The position numbers and the translations under genes were made by a program. A DNA stretch of 61,884 nucleotides, counting the filler, from Dirinaria sp. TL-2023a (Eukaryota): the NCBI GenBank assembly GCA_051941275.1. It is 2 parts of 2 records of this genome, joined end to end, with 100 filler letters (N's around TTAATTAATTAA, not from the genome) between each part and the next. Parts side by side here need not be neighbours in the genome. Positions count along the whole stretch, not along the records: positions 31,000 to 61,884 come from JAVEBF010000100.1; 1 more part is not named here. One strand, written 5' to 3'. Under the pieces are notes generated by a model that had not been told where the DNA came from, did not search any database, and worked only from the letters and a program-made list of their open reading frames with translations. This document shows positions 36,101-48,914 of this stretch, piece by piece. Every line of letters starts with the position of its first letter. The stretch's first letter is position 1.

Positions 36101-39100
36101 TAAGGTAAGGTGTGATTGGCTCATTGGCTATAACTCGGGTTTACTTGTATCGATACCTTGAGCTTGTGTTTTACCTGAGTACAGAATAACCTCACGGTCT
36201 CCTCTCTTACATTAATGTTTGCATCAGCACTGAAACAGCCAAGCCTGCTTTCTCCTTCTCTTGGTTCACGTTTCTCACTGGAGTCTATTGCTTGATTGCA
36301 CAGAATGAGTCCCAATCGTACCCCAGACCTTGCTTAGGAACGTACATGTAGGTACCTAGAGCTCAAGTATCATATTTACGTCACCGGCACAAGCTGACGG
36401 AGTCTTTCTTTTTCCGACGCACGAAAACGAGTCGCCGCAAAGTCCTTCCCTCTCACTCCAAAGGCAGCGCAATTGGAGCTTGCCTTGGCTCCTTTTCCGG
36501 AATTTGCTTCCGAGACTGCTGGCAGAGGCGATGCTAAGGTACCTTACAGCTATCTTACGCTTCGATACTCGTTAGCTTCTAGTTTCCCTCTTTCCTTGCC
36601 GCCCTCTACCTCGTTGATAATCCCTCTCGCTAAGCTTCGATTGAAACCTGAATTCGGCAAGAAGCTCTAGAGGATAACATCCAAGATCAATCGTTGCAGA
36701 AGTCTAGCACGCCAAGCGAAAGTTCCCTAAGTATCCTTTTCAGGGAGCATTTGATCCAATGAGAATCCGAGCCTCTACATCAGCAGCAGCCCTCCATCTT
36801 CAGATCGCTTTTGACCGATTATAGAATTGCCCAAGCATGGCTATAATTGACACTGATAGCTACTAACTCACATCGATGCCGGGACACCCATAGTCATTTA
36901 TGAAGGAGGAGAGCTTGCCTTTACGCTTTCGATTCCGTTCGTTGCTGTTATGTATAAGCCGGATTTTGTGGTCCGCTGTGTAGTCGGTGCCGGGGAGGCG
37001 GGGACGATGCTGCAATGGTATGCAATCAATTACATCGATCCTGCCCAAGCGCCGCACTATCTATCGTGTACGTGAACGGCTTCAGATCAGTGAACGGAGG
37101 TATGGATGATAGACTTATGATCGCGCCGTCTACTGGCTAGGGCTATTTGCGGCGCTTTGTCGAAGATCTAGAGGACGTTGACGCTGACATGGGACGGTCC
37201 TTAATGTGAGCTTTGGGAGAGATCAAAAAGATACAGAGTGCTGCACCATCAGGAAAACCATTACTCAAGGCTCGCTGGCTGGTTTTGATTATCCCAACGC
37301 TTTTAAACGGTGCACCGGACCTCCCCTCCTTTGCTTGTCTATGCATGCAAACTCTGACAACGAATATGTTACTAACATTCCCCCACCGGGCGGCTTATCG
37401 GGCGTACTTATTCCCGCTCGTGATCGCGATCGCTCGATGGCCACTCTTACCACGGGGCTTAGACCCGCTTTCGGGCCCTTGTCGGTTTGACTGTGGCTCC
37501 CATAACTGAGCGGAGTTTGATAGCTCTTATTACTTATCCGATATGAAGGTATAGAAACGATGATGAAAAAAAAAATATGAGTTAATTATGCGCCTGCTGC
37601 CTTCATTGGATATGGTAGCCCTAGGGCCCACGATGTTACTGGATGTGGGTCCAGCATGGAGCGAGGAAATGCTAATAGCCGTGTAATTTCATAGAATTGG
37701 TATCCAACATATGCTCTGTTAAGTCGGTAAGTTCAGATGGGTATATTTCTATATATTAATCGGATGATGGCTCGTGCCATGCATCCCTATTTTCTTCTCT
37801 TCAAAGGGTCAAACCCGCCTCAAACCAAGCTTGCATCGCGCAAAATTCCCCACAGTGGATCGAATATATTTAGTGCAGAGCTATGCAGCATAAATTCGAT
37901 ACAGATATATCTATTAGACTCTCGAGTATAATCACACCATCTTAGCCTCCGCAGTCTTTCGCAGAAATATCAATCATAAATAATAAGCCAACAAATAAGC
38001 CATCAAACACAAGAAAAAGCTCATATAATTCAAGATTTCTAGGTCAAACTACTTACAGGATGTATTTATCTAAAAACATGGATCCTTAAAAAGCTCCTTC
38101 AACCTTTTACTCAGTAGTACTCAGACTTTCTATCTGACAAGCTTACCCATTATCCGCTCGCTCGCCCTTCGAGAGGGTAGGTAGAGACGGGGAGGATTGT
38201 TCCTTTAAGCCGCAGATTGCGGGTGCTGAAGGGAAATGGGATTATTCTTCACATTCTGAAAGCGAAGCCTGCTCGTTTCCAAGGTTAGGGCTTTTTAAGA
38301 GATCGGATGTGCTACCGAAGCCGAAGCGAAAAGCGGGTATAAATCGAACTTGTCAGGATGTTTGATTGGAACCGGTTGCAAGAATCCTACCATCCAAAAA
38401 GCAAAGGATTCTTGTGAGGTAGGTCTTGGGGGTAAGAAGTGTGTACTTATCATTGTAAGAGCCTATGTATGTAAAGCCCAAAAAATGCAACTAAGGTAAG
38501 TACTAAGACAGGCAGATGATTTCTAAGATTTTCAAGCAGCTGCAAGAGGCAAATAGCAAGAGAATGCAAAGGAAAGTGCCCCTTGACGACGTCTCCCCCC
38601 CCACCCCCCTCTGACAAAAAAAAAAAAAAAACGCCCTGCCCGCGATCTTTCCAATATCACTTATTGATAAATAGCCATACATACTACTGGTACCCTCTCA
38701 TTTCAGACGACTCTCTTCGATTCTTTTTTCCCTAATATCTTTTTTTCTTCGTTCATCGATGCATACCCCTCCTGACAGAGACCACCCCAGAACTCATAAA
38801 CATCCTCCTCGGCCACCTTGCCATGTCCAACTTTTTCCCTGAAGATGTGCATAACTTGTAAATTCGATTTCAAACCTAAATCATACACTCTTGATGAACT
38901 TCGCCAACGCCACCATATCTGGATTAATATCAGGTTTCTTTTTAGTGCGTTTTGAGAATTGGTGGTGGTGGGAGGTAATCCAACGGGGGGGGTTAGATGC
39001 TGGATCCTTGGTTTTGGCAAGGGTAATGCGATAGATTTATTTTGCGTCATCAGTGATGATGAGCGACAGGGGCGATAGATGCGACAGAGACGATAGTTGG

Positions 39101-41159
39101 CATCGATGAATCATTGCGTTCACTAGTAAATGTAGCGATGTTTTTGATACTAGTCATAAGGACTGGGGACTCGTTCTACTGTCAGACAGAGATTGCGTGT
39201 ACGACAGCGGTCCTCTCTGTTGTACTCGTACCTTTGGATGCCTTCGGTGTGGGTATACTTCCAGAATGTCATCTTTTAAGAATCCGGTTCTTCATGGCCT
39301 TCGATGGATCTGGCTATAGAAGTCCCAGGTCGGAATTAATTAGTAGGCAAGAACAGCCTGTTTTTAGATAAAGTGAAGGTCGTAGCATGAGGGCCGATAG
39401 AAATTTTTCAGGATCGAATCTAGCGTGTGATGTAGTGCGTTGAGTTCAGCGTTTGGTGGGCGCTGTTGAGTGGGTTTGGGTTAGATAGGATAGATTTATC
39501 GAAGTCTTTATGTCTCTTGTGGAATTTCCTTTGACTTTTAGGATATTTCTTGGACTCTTGATCTGCATCTGAGAGATATTCAGCTTTGGGTTATTGAGTT
39601 GTTGATTAGTCTCTCTGACATAGAATACCCATTCTTTAAGGAATATACGGATTTTCGCTAGAAAAAAGCTCATTGCGTGACCAGCTGTGAATCACCAGGA
39701 GTTTCTCTCATGAGTGAAATCTTCATTTTCATGGAATAGCGCTTTGGCGCGCATAGGTCGTGGCCATCGACGTTCTTGATGGTGTCGCTTATCTACGACA
39801 AAACTACCTTCTAAGAAAGAATCTGCTACTCCACAACGAGTCTAGCCGCTGTTGCCAGTCAGTTTTCTCTTATCGTTCACAATCTGTCGGACCAGAGCCT
39901 TGAATTGAATTTCATTGATCATTGCTTTCATGTTTGAACGCAATCGTCTGCTTTTTGTCGGCATTATGGTGATTCTGGAATGGATTTTCTTCTGGATCTA
40001 TCGTATGGCTCTCGCTAGGCTTTCAAATTAAAGGGTAGTGGTAGCTGTGATTTGTTGTGGAAATGTATGATATGTGGAGGGGGTGTTTGTTTGATTTGTT
40101 GGACATATCTCGTCGATTGAGGATTTGAAGCGCGGTTTGCGCATGGTGCGGGATGTTTATAAATAACATGTTGGAATAATTCGTCTGGAGATTTAGATCC
40201 ATGCTCGAAGCAGGTTGATTAGTGAGGAGATAGTTGAATGGGTTGAATCTAGGTGTGGTATATCTTTGGATCTGGTAGATAGCGACGATCGTAGTTGAGT
40301 AAATCAGTTCAGTCTCCGATTTGAAGAACTTTCATCTCGGTGTAACATGAGGATTCCTTGGACACCGTGCCCAAGCGCGTGTCTGTAGTTTTTCTTCTTG
40401 GTCGAGAGCGCCATTTGGGCCCCTTTATGATTTCACATCCTAGCCAGCATGGAGGTTTAACAGCAGAACTCTCCTGGAGAGTTCCAGATCTTAATACTAT
40501 CTTGGTTCCAATCGTGGTTCTGTCTCTGCAACGAGGAAAGTAAATTTTTAGGGATATTATTATGTAAGTAATACTTCTTCAAACTGAGAAAAAGTCATTT
40601 AGTGTCTATCTCGTCATAGTATTATGGTAGTAGTTTTAAGGATCAGATCGGAAATTGAGATTAATAACGATTGAGACGTACTCAGAAGATGTTTTCCCTT
40701 AATGGATGATTAGATTTCTTTGAGCTTTTTTACATTGGAACAAAGATCTTTGAGTTAGGAGAAGCAGTGTTTGAAGGTGATAGATTAATCGATGTAGGCA
40801 AAAGCGCCACTGGTGCTTGATCTGCAAACAAATGTGTTAATCATCTCGTTACTGAGAAACGATGGGGTTACTTACTCGAGAAATTATACAATTCTGAACA
40901 CCAACGAATTAGTTCTTAAAAGTAAATTTAAATAGAGAGAGACGATTTACTTTTCAAGTCGTCGTTGCATCTTTGAAAATACCAGTCTATCGTGACAGAA
41001 GAGACACTCGAGTTTGTGCTCGCTGCAGAGATCTTTGACCTTGAATTCCACAGAATAACCTCTCTCATGACAGAGAAAAATCTTGCTTTTTACCCTCCAC
41101 CACAACTTCCGCAGTCATTTCAGTCCAGTGATTTAAGCGCATGGTGACTTCTGTCGCTG

Positions 41160-42375
41160 AGAGACTCAATTCGGAAATCATTCAATGGAGCGCTTTAGCG
41201 TGTCTTTGTGCTTCAGTATGATCGCGAGCGAAATTAAAATTCGAAGAGTATTTTATTTCATAGAATTAAGTAGAGTTATTCTTGGTAAAATGCATCAATG
41301 AAATGAACTCATCGACATTTGAGATCACTTGTCTCGATTGGATCGGTCAAACTCTTTTCCAATTTATCATGTGGCGTCGAGCGTTTTCTTCTGGATTAAC
41401 TCGAGTTTATTAGATTTTGAGAATGAGAGTAATTGATGTACTGTTCGATTCTTAAAAAAGATACTTGATTGGATGTATGATCAAAGATCAGAGCTCAAAG
41501 TAAATAAATTCGCATGGAGGTTTGGAGTAGACTTTGTGCGAGTCTTGCACAACGTATGGTACCTGGCGCCTAGGAATAAGCTAGCGAATGTCGGATGTAT
41601 TCCAAATTCTTGGAGATCCTTCTTTTCTATTTTTCTCGTTGCTTCTTTGCAACTGTCTGGACCTAGAAAATGGCTGGTCAACTGCAGACTTGACAGTATA
41701 CACAGGACCTCTCTCTGTTGTTGAGCCAATATCGAGACCCATGTTTTGAGCAAATACTCATTTATAGAATACTGGGCTCCATGGTACTCGTACACGGCAC
41801 TGGGCAACACCTCGGCAAAGAAATTCTGGATTGATTGAAGAAAAACATCAAAAAAATCAAAAAAAAAACTCATCGATTTGATAAATGTTGCGCAAAACAT
41901 TCGCTTAACAATTTGTTTCTTCGTTCAATTTCTCTGTCTCGCGATGCTCGGATTCGCAGCGAGATTCATGCCCATGATTTTTTCAACATCGTAAGAATTT
42001 TCGTCGCGAAGTTTAATTCTTTTTTCGACAGTAAACGAAGTTTTCGTATTCGCTGCAAGAATGAACAATTTTTTGCGAGTTGTTACTGGCTGCAAAATCT
42101 GATCATATGTGTGATCGATCCTGAGAACTCGAATAAAACAAATGCGTCGTTGATTTAAACGAATGACGCGATCGACGATTTAAGAAACGTTTTGAAAATT
42201 CGTGAGAACGTCGATCAATACGACATTCGAACAGTTTTCGTACAAATTCAAAACGATGACAAAGATGCGAAAAAAAAATGATTAAGATTTGCACATGATT
42301 ATTAAAATCATTGAAGGAGTTTACAGCGATTTCTCGATCTGTCGTTTTATGTCGCGCACGAATTTCAATCACATA
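41160..42375 (-). pseudogene. Hypermutated SNF2/SWI2 helicase C-terminal domain remnant
   Basis: IEIRARHKTTDREIAVNSFND...VQILI, (frameshift) VLNLYENCSNVVLID...QNVS*IVDRVIRLNQRR = degraded motifs V/VI (GLNL; QAxGRxxRxGQ); several stops and frameshifts; boundaries approximate. Confidence 0.7.
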
Positions 42376-44699
42376 TTCTGCACAGTCTCAAAGAAATGAT
42401 CAATTAAGAAGAGAATGGAGACTTTTTTTCCGTCGTTGCTCACCCTGTGCAGGAATTTTGAAGTAGAATTGCGAATTGAATCAGTCAGTCTAGGCGCAAA
42501 AGGCGTCAGCAAAAGCTTTGAGTGCAGATGCCTTAGAAAATATTGAGTAAGGTAGTCATCACAGGAGACAAGCGGACAAAAGTCTAGGAGGAAGGAAGAG
42601 GGTAATCTTGTACGAGCCGCTGAGAAGCGCTTTCACATATTCTGTAGAGTGCCAGAGGTTGGCAAATTAGTTCGTGATTGTTGCTGTACGGGCTTCGAAT
42701 TCGAATTTCTCTCTTTCTTTGTCGATTTCTTAGTCCATTCTTCTCGATTTACAGTCAAGCTCGCACGCGAGCATCTTTCGAGATCTTTTTGTTGGTGAGC
42801 ATCTTATCACGATTAGGATGGTATCAGAGACAGTCGTAATTCTGACCACGATTTATTTAGCATAGCGATGCTCGATGACGACAACGACTCTCACTCGATC
42901 AGTTTGGTAAAGGACAGTGAAAATCCTGCTGTACAGTTGAATTCTGTCTCCTCGTGTTCTGGGGAACGTTTTCATGTCCTCAGACGATATAATGTTCTAT
43001 AGTCTTCGCGCAGCTTTGACTATATTGATTTTAAAGAATGTGGTGCATTGAAACCTATTGAGATCTGAGAGCTAAGATTTGCTGGCAACGAGGAATGGCG
43101 AGATTTTGATATGTACCAATTCTGCCAAGGAGAAACCCACACCATTTAACCATATCGCAATAGGTCTGTCGTCATAGACGATTTCTTGCTCAACGTCGAG
43201 CACACAGAGTGTATTTCGATGTCGATCTCAGACGAGATACCAGACATAGCAATAACGGAAGCTTATGTTTCAACATCTTTTTCAAATCGCCTCATGTTCG
43301 AAAGTCGCGTCTTTCGTTTCTTGAATCATAGCTATTAAATCGTCCCGAGTTTTTTAAGAGCGGTATCTCCCAGCTTTAGCAACTCATAGTAATTCTGGAA
43401 ATACAAATAGAAATAGATTCTACTGAGTAATTTAATATAAGCCTTCATCCCCGGGAAAACAATCGAACCTCTGAAGTTGAAGAAATTAGCACTTAGAGAC
43501 CGTCTCGAATATCCGTTTTATGTGATTCTGAGATCGGAGTGAAGCAAGTCATGATCTTTTACCTCTCGTTGTAAAGAGAAAGGAAGTGTCAAAAGGCATT
43601 GGGCTATTGATTTTCTCAAGGAACTCTTCAATAATAAGTACTCATCACTGCAGCGTGCTTTATGTCAATGGTGTCAGCGCGTTCGAGCGCCAAATTCGGT
43701 GAAATTATCTTTGCGGCTGCTTCTTCTCGCCCAATCACGTCGCCATTAGGTCCTCTTAGATTTCTGTATGGTTGCTCGGTCGTCCGGATTTCTAGCAGTT
43801 CTGTGACAAGCTCAGTACAAGGATTCTTATCGTTCAAGGACCACTCAGTCTCTCAAAGCTGGAAAGTCTCTTCAAATGTATCTGAGGAGGTTTTCGAGTT
43901 GGCTGTCTCATATCGCAGCAAAGCTAACAAAAAGCTCGAAGTCGTACCTGTACTAAGTCATTGTTTATGGGTATCAGCTGTTCAACAAATAGAGTTATGT
44001 GAAAATGCTGGCTGTTGGAGACTGTGACGTTGTTCTGAAAGGTTGGGGTGAGTGGTGAGGTGGTACTTGGACAGTATTCTCTGTATCTAGGACAGACCAG
44101 TGGATTGAAGATAGAGAAAAGGTAATTCAGAGATAAAAGAATTTTCGTTCCAGTCTTTTTCGCAATGTCTAACTTCCGCTTTGTCGCGCTTGGTCTCTAG
44201 TAAAAGTCGTCCGCTTTTTTGGGATCATATCCAAACGAGAAACCTTCTATTGGGTTCCAGAGAGGTTTTTCAACCGACCAGCACTTGCTTTCTTTGCGCT
44301 GCAGACCTTTGTCTCGGACTTGGAGGTATCTTAGCTAATTCGTATCTTTGAGGAGTTAGGCGAATAACTGCTGCTCTATATCTTGACTGAGGTCGCCCAA
44401 ATGAGTGATGTTAGTGTTGGATCTGTAAATTTTCTCGTCAAGCTCGGTAGCCGATGTGAGCTTTTACTTGACCGTTCTTCAAGAGATCTTTTGTAGACGA
44501 GAAGGATCTTGCTTCAGCCCAAGCTCAAAAGCTAATCCATCCCCTGTGTTGATGGCATGAGTTATCGTGATTTGAGTAGCGTCGACCTCCTTCTGCTTGA
44601 GGTGTGGGCTGAGGCCCCCTCTCACCCTTTGGAAGACAGTCGACTTTGATTTTTTGGGTGAGGTATTCCTTTCGCCTTATACTAGGCAAAACGCTCATT

Positions 44700-44998
44700 G
44701 AATTTTCATTTGAATCCCGTTGTAGGTCATCAAAGGAGTTCAGAAGGGCTATGTATCCGTCTTTACCATCCTTCCAAAGCCCCTTGGATAGGGACTGCAT
44801 GGTTTCAGTGGCGAAATCGGTCAGGTCACAATCGGCGTCGAATACAGTCCTTGATAACCCGTCTATAATCTTCTTCCGTGATTCAGAGACATATTGAATG
44901 ATGATATTGAGTCGGGGTAGTTGGTCAGCCCAATGATCGTAGATACCCCCGTGTACATTTCGAAGAAGCTTCTCTGCTCCTTTTGCGCACTTTTCCAT
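44700..44998 (-). mobile_element. Ty3/gypsy pol fragment (end of RNase H plus linker)
   Basis: HWADQLPRLNIIIQYVSESRKKIIDGLSRTVFDADC...LWKDGKDGY resembles RW..L..Y...I.Y.PG..N..ADGLSR and the WKDGKGG linker of fungal gypsy elements. Confidence 0.6.
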
Positions 44999-47273
44999 CT
45001 CTCATTTTGAATGAGTTTTTGTGACAAAAATTGACTGAGCGATTAATAGATGAATAAGATATTCGATCCATTTAGCACGTTAAAAATTGATATTCTTCCG
45101 AGTCATACGACGAAGCAGTAGAAAAATACCTATCGGATGAAGTCGAACGTTTTCTCAATTGATGCATTCAGCAAAGATTTATCACAAAGGTCAATCTGAA
45201 TGAGAAAGATCAATTGACTGATCGAAAGCAAGTAGGGCCTTTCTTAATGCCATGTTCTCCCTCCGCTGGTCCTTGCAGATGAGCTCCGAATGTCACCTAT
45301 GCGAGGATATCAGCAGATGGTGATTAAAAAAATATATCAAGCTAGTGTCTGAGCTCTCGTCTAAAGCTCAAAGAGGGACGACAGAAAAATAGCTGTACAC
45401 AAATTAGTTGAATCACATGGTAGTAGTACAAGGCACGTAAACAGCACTAGAATCAACTTACTTGTCTTTCTTTTAATGGCACTTTGTACTCTGTTTGCAA
45501 AAATTAATTTCCAAAGTTGGTCAGTCTTGCCAAATGCCCATAATGCTCAAGAAGCATTATTCCCAGATCTTCCTTTTGGGCATAGTCGTGGACGACTTGA
45601 ATCTTGTTAATGTCTCGCATCGCGGCAACTCTTCTCCAATTAATTCAATCCTCGTCCAACGCCTCTTTGATTTCTCTTCCAAGAATCAACAAACGGGCCG
45701 CCGAAGAGCACCTTTCCACCATAATTATCAATAGAGAAGGCCGCTATCGACCACTGGTTATCCGACCTCGTACGCAAAGATTGCAAATTCCAGTGTCTCA
45801 AGGATTATCTCTCCAGTTCTCCAAGACATTGATCAAGTGCTAGCCATAGCACGGTTTTGTCTGTGAAACAAAAGCATATCCCGCCATTCTCCGAAAACAA
45901 GAAATGAAGAGCTGGCTCGAGCATGAATACTAATGAGCTTACGTCTTATCATTATTGTCCAATGAAGTATTGTCGATATGCACACCTTTACTTATGTGTA
46001 GCTGCTTGACCTCTTGCTTCGTGCCCGACATTCGACTGATTGAACTTGACGGCAGATCCAGAGGTGTAGAACGATCAAGATCCCAGCCGATGACCAGCCT
46101 CCGCCATGTGATCGAATAGTACACGCAATTTAATTGCGCTGGGGCCTCAGTAATGTCAGAATGAGATTGATCTCGAGTTTGCTCAGGCTAATAGAACCTT
46201 TCGGATTGTTAACGCGGAGTTTTGTTATCGGCTAGAAAAATGACTATGCTATCTATTCTAGACACAATTTTCGAGCTTATTAGACAAAGCATGGGTCTAT
46301 AAAGTATACTCATTAATATTCTGCGAGGAATCAGGACTCGACACGATGATTTGTACACGGGCGCCTTTCTTCAGCAATCAAAATTGTTCGAGCAATTACA
46401 TGGGATCTGTGCGCTCGTATGAACAAAATAAGGACATTGCGGTAAAGAGTTGCACTCTGAATAAATTCGCAAATTTTGAGACAAGAAATAGAAGTCATTT
46501 AGCATATGCTGGTGGAGTAGAATAAGTGTGCAAAATATTCGAATGATGATGATGATGAAAGAAGCGAACGCGATTGATCAACATTGAGAAGAGAGAGAGC
46601 TGAGGCTGGAAGACGCCTGTCTCGTATACGAATCGAAGTAATCATCTGACGGATACCGACAAATGTTCTAACCTGGAATAATGAGACAATACCAAAGATA
46701 GACTAGCAGTGGTAAGAGGGACCTGGCCACTGTATTGCTCGGCGCTTTTGATAATCTGTGCTTGGCAGATACAAATCCGTTGAGAAATGAAAGGATTCTG
46801 CCCACTTCTTCCAGTGCTGCAAAATCTAAAGCATTCATGACGAGAGAAATTGATGTATTATTGAGATTTGATGTATTGGCATCCGCATTGCACAATCAAA
46901 AAGTAGGAGAGAAAAGTGTTGTACTGTGTGAGGTGAGGTAATGAAAATTGGAAATTTTGATGCCGAAAAAGCTAACCGTATCGGGCTAAATCATGAACAG
47001 CCTTAGTAAGGTAATCGGCGGCCGCCCAGGTCTTTGAACCTCGAACAACCATGTCCCAGGCTCCGAACCTCCTGAATATCTCTTAAGTATGCAAGCGCAT
47101 GAAGTTCATTAGCCATCTGAATGCCTGTACCCGCCGAGAGGACGATGAGCGCCTGAAATCTTTCATGAAAACCCCGCCCAGATTAGGTATCCGCCAAAGT
47201 CATAAAGGTACGCATAGTCATTACTCTTCAGGCCCGGTTTCTGATCTTGCAATCTAGTAACCCACCCTAACCC

Positions 47274-48717
47274 CTACTCATCAGATATATCCGACATTTC
47301 TATGTCGGCATTCTCCGTCTTCGCTTCTTTGAACGCTGCTTCCGCTTGGCTCATCATGTTGGCAGTGGCTTCCTCGTCAAGAAAATGATAGGTGCCTCTT
47401 GCGGCTTTGATCGCCGCTAGACGCTTCTTCTGTCCGGTCGGGCCCCCGAGATGCGTTCTCAGCCCACCCCATGAAGGCAGGTACTTGGCTGGCTGACTCC
47501 TTGGGCAGTCAGAAACAGGACAGGGAATCCCAAGACGCGGCTTGACAGTGGGGGGCTGGAGAACGTTCTTTTTCGTGAACCGCACATTACAGAAGCGCTC
47601 TCCTTCTTGGACCTCCTCCAAAAAGTGGGTCAGTACGGCGGCATGGCTCATTATAAGGTCTCCTGGCATTTGAGCGATCTTGATGCCGAGTTCCGGGAAT
47701 ACGATATGGCCTCCCTTGAAATCCCCCCAACAGTTCGTCGTGGTCCAATTGTCGCGAGCGTCGTTGGGGTCCTTGTGCGGACCGACGGCCATGTTGACTA
47801 GTACGACGAGCCCCGAATGACATGCCTCGGGCCCTTGGTAAAGGTGCTTGAGCGTGTCCGGTCCAATCTCTTGGTACCGCTTGTGGAGCTGTTCGTACTT
47901 CCTGGGATCCAGCACGGAGATCCACTTGGCAACCTGGTTATGCTCCCACGTTGTCGCTTCCATGAGGCTCTTCACCGCATTCAACCGCTTTTCGCCCGCC
48001 GGGTTGGCATGCTTATGAAGCATGGGCCCCAAATCTGGCCGACCGATCCCATAGTGGTACATGAGGTGCTGGACAAGATTTCAGTCAGCTGCATCTCGCA
48101 AAGCTCAAGAGACAAGAACCTACCAGTCTACCCCATTCTTTGCCCATCGCTCGCCACTTCTCCTTTTGCGCTTCGTGCTGATCCACTCGGGAGTCATCGG
48201 GCTTTGGGGGAATCGGAGGGTACACCTTTGTCAAGGCTTGAATTGCAGCCACGGAAGTCTTGGTCGATTCTTGCTGTTTGTTGAGATCCAATCCAGCAAA
48301 CATGCCGCCTTTGATGAAGTATAGCATCGGCGTCCCATCCTTACACTTCACGACGATGCTCTCGTGGACGACCGGATAATCTTCCGCTTCGCGTCGGTAT
48401 GTTTCTGCTGCCCCTTCTTCTTTCGATACCTCTTTGATTGGGCCTTCGAAAAAAGCCGAAGAGTTCTTCGGAAAGGTCTTCACAGAGCAGACCGCTTTGT
48501 ACTCCCCAGACCCGAGAGTCTCTTCGCCATCGTCACGCAGGATCTGGGCTGTCTGTCCGGTGAAGCTGAGAAGGGTTAGTTGGCGGAGACGAGGAAGCTT
48601 GGTCTGCGTCTGTGTCTTTGAAGCATCTGTGGACTTGACCACGCGGGAATCTTTCACTATCTTGAAAAAGCTTGGAAGTCTGTTCTGCACTGGCTTCGTG
48701 TTCTTCGAGGGTGCCAT
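47274..48717 (-). CDS. TET/JBP-family 2OG-Fe(II) dioxygenase with C-terminal C2H2-like zinc finger; exons 48717-48124 and 48068-47274 (~462 aa)
   Basis: VNMAVGPHKDPND (HxD, 47769-47777), CWGDFKGGHIVFPELGIKI, PGDLIMSHAAVLTHF (distal His), GERFCNVRF (2OG-binding Arg); 55-bp GT-AG intron with GCTGAC branch; tail CPVSDC...LRTHL. Confidence 0.8.
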
Positions 48718-48830
48718 ACTGTTCGAAACGGATATCGGACAAGCAGGTATTCTAGGAAGCTACGAGCAAGAATCGGGCGGAAGAGTCGAGGGTGATAAGC
48801 TTAAGGTCAAAAGCAAGATGGGATTGACGA

Positions 48831-48914
48831 CGCACAACCAAAGACTCGGTTGATGAGCCCGAGGGCTAGAGCGAGATAAGTATGATGCCGCACAACAAAG
48901 ACTCGGTTGAGGAG
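48831..48914. repeat. ~26-bp direct repeat pair upstream of the TET/JBP gene
   Basis: CGCACAACCAAAGACTCGGTTGATGAG (48831-48857) and CGCACAACAAAGACTCGGTTGAGGAG (48889-48914). Confidence 0.8.

Noticed and set aside
47258..47276. TAACCCACCCTAACCCCTA telomere-like tract overlapping the TET stop codon
   Set aside because: Only one perfect CCCTAA unit; compatible with chance
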